From: Candidatus Poribacteria bacterium
GTDB lineage: Bacteria; Poribacteria; WGA-4E; PCPOR2b
Length of the DNA: 64,000 nucleotides
Reading direction: 5' to 3'
NCBI GenBank assembly: GCA_965218095.1
Contig: OZ244587.1
Coordinates: 5,120,001 to 5,184,000, forward strand
The notes below the pieces were generated by a model. That model saw only the letters and a list, made by a program, of their open reading frames with translations, was not told the DNA's origin and searched no databases. The translations under genes were made by a program, and so were the position numbers. Positions 20,415 to 30,688 of the stretch are shown here, piece by piece. The number at the start of each line of letters is the position of its first letter. Within the stretch, counting starts at the first letter, position 1.

Positions 20415-23291
20415 ATGCACAACAAGGGACACTTTATCTCAACTTCTGTTTTCACAGTTCTTTCGACCTTAATGTTAGGCATTTCCACACCTGCCTTTTC
20501 CCAGAATCTGAACCAAGAAGCAGCATCCAGCTTTACACTTCAACTTCTCCACACGGCAGACATAGAGAGCGGCATCGAGGCACTTGAAAATGCCCCACGC
20601 TTCTCATCGGTATTGAATGCGCTCAAAATTGAGGTTGAGAATACAGTTATCATCGGAGCAGGGGATACCTACATCCCCGGGGCATTTTTCGCAGCGGGCA
20701 ATGACCCAAGCCTTCGCGACGTTTTGGGGCGTGAGGGGTCGGGGCGTGCGGATATTCTGATGCTCAATGCGATGGGATTTATGGCGTCAGCACTCGGCAA
20801 CCATGAATTTGACCTAGGCACTGCCACACTCGCTGGGTTGATTCAGAATGATAGTAGAGGCTACGTCGGCACAGCGTTCCCATTCCTAAGTGCGAACTTG
20901 GATTTCAGCCTCGATAGCAACCTTGCCGATCTTGTTGTTGATGCCGGGCAGGAGGCAAGTACGGTTCCAAACAGTATCAGCAAGAGCGTGGTTATCACGA
21001 CTGCTTCGGGCGAAAAGATTGGGGTTGTTGGCGTAACCACACCACGGCTCGGAAGTATATCTTCACCGGGCGATGTCGGGATTGCACCGGAAAACCCGGA
21101 TGATATTGTGGCATTGGCAGCAATCATCCAAGAAGCCGTTGATGGGTTGACAGCAACCGGAGTGAACAAAATTATTGTCACCGGTCACCTTCTGCAAATT
21201 CGCATTGATGAGGCGGTAGCGCCCCAGTTGCGCGACGTTGACATTATCATTGCGGGTGGCTCAAACACACTGCTCGCGGATGAGGCAGACCGTCTGCACG
21301 ATGGTGACACCGTTGCCCGGCCTTATCCTATTCTGACAAATTCCGCCGCGAATGAACCGATTGCAATTGTCGGCACAGATGGTGATTACAAGTACGTCGG
21401 TCGATTAGTCGTCAGTTTTGACGAGGCAGGTGTCCTGATACCGGAATCGATTGACCCTGAAGTGAGCGGCGCCTTCGTTACGGACGAACAGGGCGTTGCG
21501 GATACCGGCAACGTCGAACCAGAGCCGCGTGTCATTGAAATTACCGAAGCGATTCGGAACGTGGTTGTCGCGAAGGACAGCAATACCTTTGGGCAGACAA
21601 GCGTCTATCTGAATGGAACCAGGGGTTCGGTTCGCACAGAGGAAACGAACCTCGGCAACTTAACCGCTGATGCCAACTTAGACGTGGCACGGCGGGTTGA
21701 CCCGACGGTGGTTGTCTCGCTGAAAAATGGCGGCGGCATCCGAGCCTCTATTGGTGTCACTGTCGGTGGACAGGCACTTCCACCGCCTGCGAATCCGTTG
21801 GTCGGCAAGGCCGCTGGTCAAATTTCGCAGATTGATATCGAAAATGCGCTCCGATTCAACAACGGATTGAGTCTATTAACACTCACAGCCGCGCAACTCC
21901 TTGAGGTCATCGAACACGCTGTCGCTGAATCAGAACTGGGTGTGAGCCCCGGGCACGGGCAGTTTGCTCAGGTCGCTGGATTTGCCTTCAGTTTCGACAT
22001 CTCGCAACCCGCGGGTTCAAGGGTCAAGTCGCTCGTCATCACCGATGCCGGTGGCAACCCGATTGACATCATCGCACAGAATAGCGAACTGGTCAGCGAT
22101 GCGAATCGGACGTTCCGCATGGTCACGCTTGATTTCCTTGCAGATGGCGGTGACGACTATCCTTATCCGAATTTCCCGAATACCGACCGCGTAGATATCC
22201 CCGCAGTGATAACGGAGGAACAGTCGGGTGGCAAAGCGACTTTTGTTTCACCCGGTACGGAACAGGATGCCCTCGCAGAATATGTCGCGGCGAACTTCTC
22301 GATAACATCGTTTATGGATGCCGATGTGGGGCCCGAAAGCGATCAACGCATTCAAAATCTCGCATTTCGTGCCGATAGCTTGATTGTACCGGCGACAACC
22401 GCAAGCGCATTTGACACACAACTCAGCGCGGGTTTGAACATGATCAGTTTACCCCTGATGCCCGACGAACCTTACACAGCGCGTTCCTTCATGGAAAAAC
22501 TCGGCGCGACGGTCATCATTGAGTACAATCCATCGGTTGGCAGTTTTATCGGATTTACGGCAAATTCTTCCGGCGACGGTTTCCCTGTCGAAGGCGGGAA
22601 GGGCTACATTATCAACGTTACCGAATCGAAGGTTGTCAGATTCACCGGTCGTGCATGGCAAAACACACCGACGACAATCTCAGCCGCGCCTACACCGGCT
22701 CAGATTCCCAAGGTGTGGGCGTTTGTCCTTCACGCTTGGCTTGAAGGGGTCGAGAATGTGACGCTGACCGTCTACAACGGACACACCAGAGTTGCCGGAG
22801 CCGTTGATGCGAATAGGTCGCACGCTGTTTGGGCAGACATAAGCCGCCGGGCGGTTGTTTCTGTCGGCGATACGCTGACGATTGAAGTGCGTGACGCAAG
22901 TGGTGAATTGATTCGCACGCTGCATCACGAAATTAACGTGATAGACATCCGTCGGGCGTTCACGGAATTGCGACTGACGCCAGACGACCTGAAACCGAGA
23001 CGGACCGCACTGCTCACCAATTATCCAAACCCGTTTAATCCGGAAACGTGGATGCCGTATCAGTTGGCGAATGACACTGATGTTGCGATTCGCATCTACG
23101 CCCCGACAGGAGAACTCGTTCGGCATCTTGACCTTGGATTTCAGAGCGCAGGATATTATATTGGAAAGTCACGCGCCGCCTACTGGGATGGTCGTAACGA
23201 TTTTGGCGAACGGCTGGCTTCGGGTGTTTATTTCTACCAGTTAATCACCCCTGAATCGACGGGGACCCGGAAGATGGTTATTGTGAAGTAG
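20415..23291 (+). CDS. Secreted 5'-nucleotidase/metallophosphoesterase with C-terminal sorting-like module
   Basis: Signal peptide; HTAD, GD, GNHEFD, RTEETNLGNL, NGGGIR; C-terminal NYPNPFNPETW..WDGRN..SGVYFYQL. Confidence 0.88.
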   Translation: MHNKGHFISTSVFTVLSTLMLGISTPAFSQNLNQEAASSFTLQLLHTADIESGIEALENAPRFSSVLNALKIEVENTVIIGAGDTYIPGAFFAAGNDPSLRDVLGREGSGRADILMLNAMGFMASALGNHEFDLGTATLAGLIQNDSRGYVGTAFPFLSANLDFSLDSNLADLVVDAGQEASTVPNSISKSVVITTASGEKIGVVGVTTPRLGSISSPGDVGIAPENPDDIVALAAIIQEAVDGLTATGVNKIIVTGHLLQIRIDEAVAPQLRDVDIIIAGGSNTLLADEADRLHDGDTVARPYPILTNSAANEPIAIVGTDGDYKYVGRLVVSFDEAGVLIPESIDPEVSGAFVTDEQGVADTGNVEPEPRVIEITEAIRNVVVAKDSNTFGQTSVYLNGTRGSVRTEETNLGNLTADANLDVARRVDPTVVVSLKNGGGIRASIGVTVGGQALPPPANPLVGKAAGQISQIDIENALRFNNGLSLLTLTAAQLLEVIEHAVAESELGVSPGHGQFAQVAGFAFSFDISQPAGSRVKSLVITDAGGNPIDIIAQNSELVSDANRTFRMVTLDFLADGGDDYPYPNFPNTDRVDIPAVITEEQSGGKATFVSPGTEQDALAEYVAANFSITSFMDADVGPESDQRIQNLAFRADSLIVPATTASAFDTQLSAGLNMISLPLMPDEPYTARSFMEKLGATVIIEYNPSVGSFIGFTANSSGDGFPVEGGKGYIINVTESKVVRFTGRAWQNTPTTISAAPTPAQIPKVWAFVLHAWLEGVENVTLTVYNGHTRVAGAVDANRSHAVWADISRRAVVSVGDTLTIEVRDASGELIRTLHHEINVIDIRRAFTELRLTPDDLKPRRTALLTNYPNPFNPETWMPYQLANDTDVAIRIYAPTGELVRHLDLGFQSAGYYIGKSRAAYWDGRNDFGERLASGVYFYQLITPESTGTRKMVIVK

Positions 23292-23621
23292 GCATCGCTC
23301 CGATAATAATTCAATACCCCTAGGAAACTTGTGAACGACTGAATATCTAGGTGCATCAGTTTCGGGAGGTAAATTACGTTATTTATCTGCCAAAGTTGAC
23401 GCATCCGGCACGTAATCCTTCCCATTCCAAACATACGTAGTTTGACCAACGAGTAAATCATCCGGTTTAATGTTGCCGGCCAAAAGTGCCCTCGCTTCCG
23501 ATAATTTTCAAGTGCTCATCCCACTTCATGTTGTTACAAACCCCTCCTACAAGAGGTTGAGATTTTCATAAATGTTTGGTATACTCGAGGCTATCTCATA
23601 AACAATGAAGATAAAAAAAAA

Positions 23622-23650
23622 TTGGCAGAAAATGAAATATATGTTAAAAT
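23622..23650 (+). promoter_or_regulatory. Putative sigma70 promoter upstream of TBDR
   Basis: TTGGCA-17-TAAAAT with extended -10 TG. Confidence 0.55.
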
Positions 23651-23666
23651 AAGGAGGTAATTGACT

Positions 23667-23720
23667 ATGTCAAGGTTGAAACAGATACTCGCGGTCACCC
23701 TCGTGGTGAACGCGAGCTAA
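23667..23720 (+). other. 17-aa sORF, diverged copy of the 5' end of gene 26837
   Basis: TAAGGAGGT RBS + MSRLKQILAVTLVVNAS vs MSTLKRILAVILVAIA. Confidence 0.6.
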
Positions 23721-23768
23721 ATTGGTTGAAAACATTTTTCAAAAACAAAGGAGGAAATATTCCCTGTT

Positions 23769-26666
23769 ATGAAACACAAATCGAGTTTTAAACCCCTTAC
23801 CCTCGCGCTCGGTATCGCGGCAGTGCTTTTGATGAGCGTCGCACTCGCGACCCTGGCGCAGGAATCAACCGAAGAAGAGATGGCATCTACGGAAGAAGAT
23901 ATGGCATCTGAGGAACAAGTCATCGAGCTCGAAGAACAGGTCGTGATCGGTTCAAGAGCGCGACCCCGTTCTGTCATTGATTCAGCAGTGCCGATTGACA
24001 CCATTCGCGGTGAGGATTTCCTCAAGCAAGGTGTCACGGATTTACAAGACCTGTTTAGAAATTTGATACCTTCTTACAACGTCAACATCCAGCCAATCAG
24101 CGACGCGGGGACAGTTGTTCGGCCTGCGAATTTACGAGGGCTGGCGCCCGACCACACGTTGGTGCTTGTCAACAATAAGCGGCGTCACCGTGCGGCGGTG
24201 ATTCACTGGCTAGGAAATGGGTTGGCTGATGGCGCACAAGGGCCTGACCTGTCTGCCATCCCGGCGATCGCGCTGAAACAGGTGGAGGTACTCCGGGACG
24301 GTGCATCGGCTCAATACGGTTCCGATGCCATTGCAGGTGTGATGAATTTCCAACTCAAAGATAGCCATGAGGGCGGTTCCTTTGAATTCAAGCCCGGCAT
24401 TTTTCAGTATGGGGATGGTCGCCAATACGGGGTCGCCGGTAATATCGGTTTGGGTAGCCAGGAAACTTGGGCCAACCTGAGCTTAGAATACGGCGGCGCA
24501 GACCCGACTATCCGTTCGGTACAGCGCGCTGATGCGCTAGCGCTAGTTGATGCTGGCAATGACCGTGTGAGAGACCCAGCGCAAATTTGGGGACAACCTA
24601 TTGTAGAAGGAGACCTCAAATTCTTCGCCAACTATGGAAGTGTCCTTACAGATAACATTGATTTCTATGGACACGCCAACTATGCCAGCAAACGGGTCGA
24701 AGGCGGGTTCTATTTCCGAAATCCCAACACGCGGGGTGCTGTGTTTGGCCGTAAGGTAGATTATCCTAATGATGGCAATACGGACGATGACGAGTTCTAT
24801 TTACTCGTTGGGAATTTGTCAGGCTTACCAGAAGGAGCCGATAAAGATGCTGATGATATTCAGTTAGCCCACCCTAAGACTGGTGCATTGGTTCCCAGAA
24901 CGCCCACGCCGGGCCTGGAAGGTGAAGCCAAAGACAAAGAAGACGCAGAGATTGCCAAGGAAAGGAAAGAGATTCAGAACGGAGTCCCAGCGGATCCGGC
25001 TCAATTGCAAGCAGTCCTTGATGACCCGAATTTATTCTCGTTCAGGGAGATGTTTCCGGGCGGATTCACACCAAGATTTGGGGCAAACGCAGTGGACAGC
25101 TCCGTTCTGGTCGGGGTCAAAGGCGCCGCTTTGGAATCAATGCTGACCTCAGGGTTAGGATGGGATTTGAGTGCCTATTTTGGACGGCATCATGCGGATT
25201 TCTTTATCTTCAACACCGTCAATGCCTCTCTAGGTCCCGATACGCCGACCGATTTCGATCCGGGTGACTACATCCAGACCGATTATAACCTGAACTTTGA
25301 TGTAACGCACGAACTTAGCGATATGCTGTTCTTTGCTTCGGGTTTAGAATATCGGAACGAGGGTTTTGAAGTGGCAGAGGGGCAGCGAGAATCGTATCAA
25401 ATCGGTCCTTTGGCAACCCAAGGCTTCAGTGCCGCCTCTAATGGATTTTCAGGCTTCAGCCAAATTGCTGCTGGCGAATGGAATCGCGCCAACGTTGCGG
25501 CTTATTTGGAAAGTGAAGTCAGGCCGCTCAAACACTGGCTGGTCGGTCTTGCTGTGCGTGGTGAAGACTTTGAAGATTTCGGACAGACCTTCAATTACAA
25601 GGTCGCCACCAACATCGGCGTTACGGACTTTCTTGAGGATGCCGGTATGATTGCCAACGATGAGATGATCCTGAAATTCCGTGGCAGTTATAGCACTGGA
25701 TTTAGGGCGCCGACTCCCGGGCAGCAAAATACCTTCAACGTTACGACCGAATTCAATTTCGCGAAAAACGATTTGGTCAATAACGGAACGATTCCTTCCA
25801 CTAATCCCGCTGTTGCGGTGGTAACAGGTAAGGAAGATAACGCGCTTGATCCGGAAACATCAAAGAACATTACCAGCGGTTTCACCTTTGAAGTGAGGGA
25901 CATAAACCTCACCGTAGATCTGTTTGATATTCGGATGAAGGACCGGTTAGCCCTATCTCAAGACTTTGAACTGGAGGAGGGCCAAAAGGACGACCTGATT
26001 AAAGCCGGTGTAACCAGCGCGGCGAATTTACAGGAATTCCGATTCTTTACCAATGACTTCGATACAACAACCCAAGGTATTGATGTGGTCCTCACGGTCC
26101 CCGTACCGAATGGCGATGTCACTGCGGTGTATAACAATACAAGCACCAGCGTCATTCACAACGATCAACGACCCAAGTGGTTGGAAGAACTCAAGAAACT
26201 GGGCATTGAGGAAGATCAACTGAGCGATGATGACTTCTTCACGGCGATTCAGGACAAAGCCCCGAAAAGCGATGAGGAGACACGGATTATCAAGTTGCGG
26301 GGTTGGGTCCAGGGTGTGGATGCCCGTATCCGCGAATTGGAAGAGAATTTACCGAAAAATCGCGCCAGTCTCACGGTAACACAATCCATAATCAGCCAAT
26401 GGAGTGTGCTGGGTCGCGCCAGTTATTTCGGCGACTGGTACGATTCTGAGGATGGTGAAACGTACACCAGCAAGGTGCTTTTCGACGCGGAAACGAGTTA
26501 CATGGCGGCTTCCGGCATAATCATCACGCTCGGTGTCCAGAATCTCCTCAACACCTACCCCGATGAAAATCCGAAGTCGGGTAATATTGGCAACCAATAC
26601 GGTCAATTTAGCCCATTTGGCTTTAACGGCGCGTACTGGTATGCTAAAGTCGGTTACAGTTTTTAG
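23769..26666 (+). CDS. TonB-dependent receptor
   Basis: Signal peptide, LEEQVVIGSR TonB box, plug VEVLRDGASAQYGSDAIAGV, terminal YSF. Confidence 0.93.
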   Translation: MKHKSSFKPLTLALGIAAVLLMSVALATLAQESTEEEMASTEEDMASEEQVIELEEQVVIGSRARPRSVIDSAVPIDTIRGEDFLKQGVTDLQDLFRNLIPSYNVNIQPISDAGTVVRPANLRGLAPDHTLVLVNNKRRHRAAVIHWLGNGLADGAQGPDLSAIPAIALKQVEVLRDGASAQYGSDAIAGVMNFQLKDSHEGGSFEFKPGIFQYGDGRQYGVAGNIGLGSQETWANLSLEYGGADPTIRSVQRADALALVDAGNDRVRDPAQIWGQPIVEGDLKFFANYGSVLTDNIDFYGHANYASKRVEGGFYFRNPNTRGAVFGRKVDYPNDGNTDDDEFYLLVGNLSGLPEGADKDADDIQLAHPKTGALVPRTPTPGLEGEAKDKEDAEIAKERKEIQNGVPADPAQLQAVLDDPNLFSFREMFPGGFTPRFGANAVDSSVLVGVKGAALESMLTSGLGWDLSAYFGRHHADFFIFNTVNASLGPDTPTDFDPGDYIQTDYNLNFDVTHELSDMLFFASGLEYRNEGFEVAEGQRESYQIGPLATQGFSAASNGFSGFSQIAAGEWNRANVAAYLESEVRPLKHWLVGLAVRGEDFEDFGQTFNYKVATNIGVTDFLEDAGMIANDEMILKFRGSYSTGFRAPTPGQQNTFNVTTEFNFAKNDLVNNGTIPSTNPAVAVVTGKEDNALDPETSKNITSGFTFEVRDINLTVDLFDIRMKDRLALSQDFELEEGQKDDLIKAGVTSAANLQEFRFFTNDFDTTTQGIDVVLTVPVPNGDVTAVYNNTSTSVIHNDQRPKWLEELKKLGIEEDQLSDDDFFTAIQDKAPKSDEETRIIKLRGWVQGVDARIRELEENLPKNRASLTVTQSIISQWSVLGRASYFGDWYDSEDGETYTSKVLFDAETSYMAASGIIITLGVQNLLNTYPDENPKSGNIGNQYGQFSPFGFNGAYWYAKVGYSF

Positions 26667-26668
26667 TA

Positions 26669-26823
26669 TAACGCAAGTTGCTAGTTGATAAAGCAAGCGT
26701 CAGAAACCGAGTTTTTTATAGATTAGGAACACGATTTAGGGAAAAATACAACTGATTTTCCCTAAATCAGACAATCTGAAAGTGAAAAACTCGGTTTCTC
26801 TATGATACTAGCAACTCAGGTTA
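26669..26823. repeat. MITE-like element, TAACnnnAGTTGCTAGT ends
   Basis: Imperfect terminal IR plus internal AGAAACCGAGTTTTT IR at 26702 and 26785-26799. Confidence 0.75.
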
Positions 26824-26836
26824 GTATAAGGAGGTA

Positions 26837-27286
26837 ATGGCGATGTCAACGCTGAAACGGATACTCGCGGTCATCCTCGTAGCGATCGCCATTGTGGTGG
26901 CAGTCAACTGGATGATTACGCCGGTCTACCACGATGGGTCTGCAGAATATCCAGTATGGAAGGTTGTGAACTGGTTCATGGCGTTTGCCGTGATAGTGTC
27001 CCTGCTCGTGAATTTCACTCGGAAACGTGCCCTCGGAAATGGAAGGGCTGACAGTCCGATAACGCGGGAGTACTTGGAAGCCAACCTAGCATTCTACGCC
27101 TCGCTCCTGTTGGTTCCCTGGTTTTTCACAAATTTTTTCACCTACGACCTGTTTCCTAACAACATGCCTGCTGTTGCCATGGAATCTAAGGATGTCTGGT
27201 GGGAGTTCATTGATGGGTTGTTCATGTTAGTTGCCGGAACAACCGGCTGCCATCTATGGCGCGATGCGTCCGAACCCGTGACTTAA
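26837..27286 (+). CDS. Membrane protein, about 4 TM
   Basis: Strong RBS; four hydrophobic segments. Confidence 0.8.
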   Translation: MAMSTLKRILAVILVAIAIVVAVNWMITPVYHDGSAEYPVWKVVNWFMAFAVIVSLLVNFTRKRALGNGRADSPITREYLEANLAFYASLLLVPWFFTNFFTYDLFPNNMPAVAMESKDVWWEFIDGLFMLVAGTTGCHLWRDASEPVT

Positions 27287-27519
27287 ACGAATCCGATTTC
27301 GTCGGCAAGTTTGCTGGGAGCATGGCGGAGTTGGTCTTGATGGGCAACAAAGTATTTGCTCCGACTTCCGCCGTGCCCTTTTCGATTCGTCGCACCGCGC
27401 AAAACGTCACGCGCCAGTCATTACCGGTAACAGTAGACTAATTTGTGCTTTTTTGTCATACCCAGTTTTGGGGATTTATTTAACCGGATTATGCGGAAAA
27501 AATTCCGTCTAATAACAAA

Positions 27520-27831
27520 ATTGCCACTGTATTGCCGTCGAGCGGGTTCAATTTTGGACGAATAGTTCTTGTCAACGACGGTATCATCAAACAACAGATA
27601 CCCGTTTTTTGAAAAACAGATGTCATCTTTGACATTTTCCCAGACTTGTCTGGGAGGAATTGTCTCGTTTCTGAGGTATCGGTTGATTGGGTCGTGACTC
27701 CACTTTTGGGTATGCTTAGCGAAGTAAGTCTGTGTATAGTTGCAATAATCCAGTTGAAGCTCACAATGGTTTGCAGTTAAGGTTGTCATAAGTCATATTA
27801 TGCCATAATTGCGCAAATTGCGTAAGTCCTA
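27520..27831 (-). mobile_element. IS701-family left end and N-terminal transposase fragment
   Basis: IR TAGGACTTACGCA; SHDPINRYL..LLFDDTVVDK..RRQYSGN. Confidence 0.8.
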
Positions 27832-27842
27832 AGGAGAAAAAA

Positions 27843-28361
27843 ATGTTTCAATAAGTAATCCCCCGTTCGTTTTTGTGGTTAGTTAGCATTTGGGCAGTTC
27901 TTACTATCGGAATCATCGGCTGTGGTGGTGACGATGATGATAATGAGTGGGTCGGCACATGGGCCATCGAAACCATTGATGGTCAGAGTTTTGAACAAGG
28001 TTTTGCAGAAGAGTTTGGAGATGTCATAGAACTCTCCATTACTGCCAACGAGTGGACATTTGATAGTGATGGAACAATGGAAATGGAATTCGGGATGAAG
28101 TTTGAAGTGAAAGAGCAGGGCTTAGATGTTTCAGGGGAAGGTTCAATGAAAATGACGGGGACTTACGTCCTATCTGGCTCTAGCTTTACACTCACACCTA
28201 CAGAAGTAGAAGGGACCGGTTTATTTGAAGGAGAAGTAGGAGAAGTAGGAACAGTCGGTCCTACAGACGAAGACACCGGTACATGGTCTAGACAAGGGAA
28301 TACCCTCACACTAAACACAGCGAGCGATGATGGCGGAACCATCGTCCTCAAAAAGAAATAG
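27843..28361 (+). CDS. Lipoprotein (beta-barrel/lipocalin-like); RBS-proximal ATG followed by early stop, alternative TTG at 27873
   Basis: Lipobox IIGC-GG, WVGTW motif; ATG TTT CAA TAA at 27843. Confidence 0.7.
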
Positions 28362-29090
28362 GACTTACGCAAGAGTGATAGGAATAGCAGGTGAAAGCAA
28401 TTGCTGAGACAGATAATCGTCAAGCAGTGACTGCTTGAGTTGGTAAATCATCTTGCCCGTCTGACGGGCGACACGATTGAGGTGAACCCAGACTAACAGC
28501 GCACAGCCGATATGATTTCTTACCGCCCGCTGCTTCCGACATTGACAACTTTCAAGCTCCGTCACCTGTTTGACTTGCCGATGAAATTGCTCAATCTTGA
28601 AACGAATGGAACAGTGCTTTTGAGTTTCACTCGTCGAATCTTGAGTTAGGTCGTTGGTCACGACATATTCCGTGTGCCCGGTAGAAAGTACAAGCCGGAA
28701 CAACTTCACTCTATGCCCCTTGGGGAAATTCTTTAGATGTACCCATTTCCCATAAACCTGTTCGGCCTCATTGAAGTGGAGGGTATCCACGCGTCGGTGC
28801 GGGTGTTGGGCATCTGAATCGTCAACAAGCCGATTGCTCTTGAATAGTAGACCTTTTCAAGTTGTTCAATATAACGAAGCACGTAACGGGAGGCATACCA
28901 ACTGTTGACTAAAACGGTTGTAAAGGGCAGGTGCTTGGCATAACAGGCATCGCGTAACATCTCAAGTTGCTTTGAATCCCGATCTGATCGGGGTAGATGG
29001 TCAATTTTACTTTTGCCATCTCGGTCAGGGTCATAGATACGGTAATCGACAATCCAATAAGCATCGATATCTGGATTGACATACACCATC
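28359..29090 (-). mobile_element. IS701-family C-terminal transposase fragment (frameshifted) and right end
   Basis: VYVNP..DYRIYDPDRDGKSK, SWYAS, KIEQFHR..CQCRK..RNH; IR TGCGTAAGTCCTA on minus strand. Confidence 0.82.
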
Positions 29091-29169
29091 TTAAGAGCCT
29101 GTCCAGTTTTGGGGAGTATTATACCCTCACCAGAGTACCTCTTCTGAAACATCAATCTGAAAGGAAAAA

Positions 29170-30357
29170 ATGCGAATTAACTCTATGTTTCACAAAACCC
29201 CTTATCTCCTTTTTTTTGTGGCTCTGATTTTTATGCATTTCGTGCATGAAGGATATCCTCAAATACGAACCAAACAGAATGTTTCCCTTGAAGAGCAGCA
29301 GGAGGGAAGATCGCTAATAGTCTGGGGGTCTACACTATACGGGCTTTCTTTGTATGGACCGGGAACAGCTATTTTACTTGATATTGAATCAGAACGGCAA
29401 ATAGTTGGATTGGAACTCTTAATTGGCGGTGGTTCTTTTATAGGTGCTCTTGAAGTCACAAAAAGTCATCGACTCGGCGCGGGACGATCCAATTTAATCT
29501 TATCGGGCAGTATGGCGGGCACCCTATATGGGGCCGGAGTGCCTGTGTTATTTGAATCAGAGAACGAAAAGGCTTATACGGCCTGTATGATGTTCGCTAC
29601 GCCAATAGGAGGATTGCTTGCTCATAAGTTGAGTTCTCACAGATGGTTTGAAAAGGGTGAATCATACCTAATTTCAAATGGTGGACTGGTGGGCGGGTTG
29701 TACGGGATTGCAATTCCATATCTCGTCAATATCGAAGATTTTGAAGATTGGACGCAAGCCAAAATCTATGTTGCGTCCGCGATGATCGGTGTACCTGTTG
29801 GAGTGTGGACGACAACAAAATTAATTTACAACAAGCCGATTAGCGAGGGGCGGTCATCTCTAATCTCTTTTGGGGGGCTTATTGGTAGTGCCTATGCAAA
29901 TGGAATTACCTTCCTAGCGGATGCGGAGTCACCACGAGTCTATGTATTAGCCTCCATGCTTGGCTTACCGGTAGGAACATATCTCGGCTATCAATTGACT
30001 GCTGGAGATGAGTATACACCCGGCCGGGCAGCTTTGATACAATTGGGCGCACTTGCAGGTGCCCTATTCAGCAATGGAGTTGTTCTACTGGCCAATCCGG
30101 AAGGCGATATAAGCGATAAATCTTATACTGTGGCAAATATACTTGGGTCAGCCGTGGGAATTTGGTTTGCACACAATTCTACACGAGGTTGGGGTGAAAA
30201 AACTCCGTTTGCGAGAACCAATCTCATTCCTCCATCGGAAAAAGTTACGATTTCGTTACCTTCAATCAATGAATGGTTGACCTACGGCTTCATGACGCTC
30301 CGCAAGCCAACTTTTACGGCTGATTTTCCTGTGGAATTGGTGCGGGTCTCATTCTAA
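29170..30357 (+). CDS. Glycine-rich polytopic membrane protein
   Basis: Signal-like N-terminus; repeated GxxxG helical hairpins. Confidence 0.8.
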   Translation: MRINSMFHKTPYLLFFVALIFMHFVHEGYPQIRTKQNVSLEEQQEGRSLIVWGSTLYGLSLYGPGTAILLDIESERQIVGLELLIGGGSFIGALEVTKSHRLGAGRSNLILSGSMAGTLYGAGVPVLFESENEKAYTACMMFATPIGGLLAHKLSSHRWFEKGESYLISNGGLVGGLYGIAIPYLVNIEDFEDWTQAKIYVASAMIGVPVGVWTTTKLIYNKPISEGRSSLISFGGLIGSAYANGITFLADAESPRVYVLASMLGLPVGTYLGYQLTAGDEYTPGRAALIQLGALAGALFSNGVVLLANPEGDISDKSYTVANILGSAVGIWFAHNSTRGWGEKTPFARTNLIPPSEKVTISLPSINEWLTYGFMTLRKPTFTADFPVELVRVSF

Positions 30358-30688
30358 CAGAACTTACGCTATGACTCATTTCTGAGCATTTTGCACAAGA
30401 AGGCCCTCGGAAAATTACTCTGAAATTTTAGTGACTATCTTAACACAAATTGCACATGTCGCCCCCAAGGGCTATGCTGGTTCATTGGTGTAATTAACGA
30501 ACTCTTGAACTCAATGGGTTGATGGGACGGAGGTTACGGCATACGGAGTATGTCTACTACTAGCAACTTGCGTTATAATAGTCACTGTCAGGGTAACACA
30601 TGTTATAATCCTTTCTTGCTTGGGAGTTAGATAAGATTATAATCGTTATCCTGACTTAATTCTATTTATGAGCACTCCTCAAATAACT

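Noticed and set aside
23292-23768. Cobalamin or TPP riboswitch before the TBDR
   Set aside because: No B12-box or TPP consensus; region explained by promoter and duplicated sORF
26666-30577. Integron cassette array (AAC..GTT ends resemble attC)
   Set aside because: Ends do not fit RYYYAAC/GTTRRRY, no integron integrase, orientation inconsistent; IS/MITE ends explain it better
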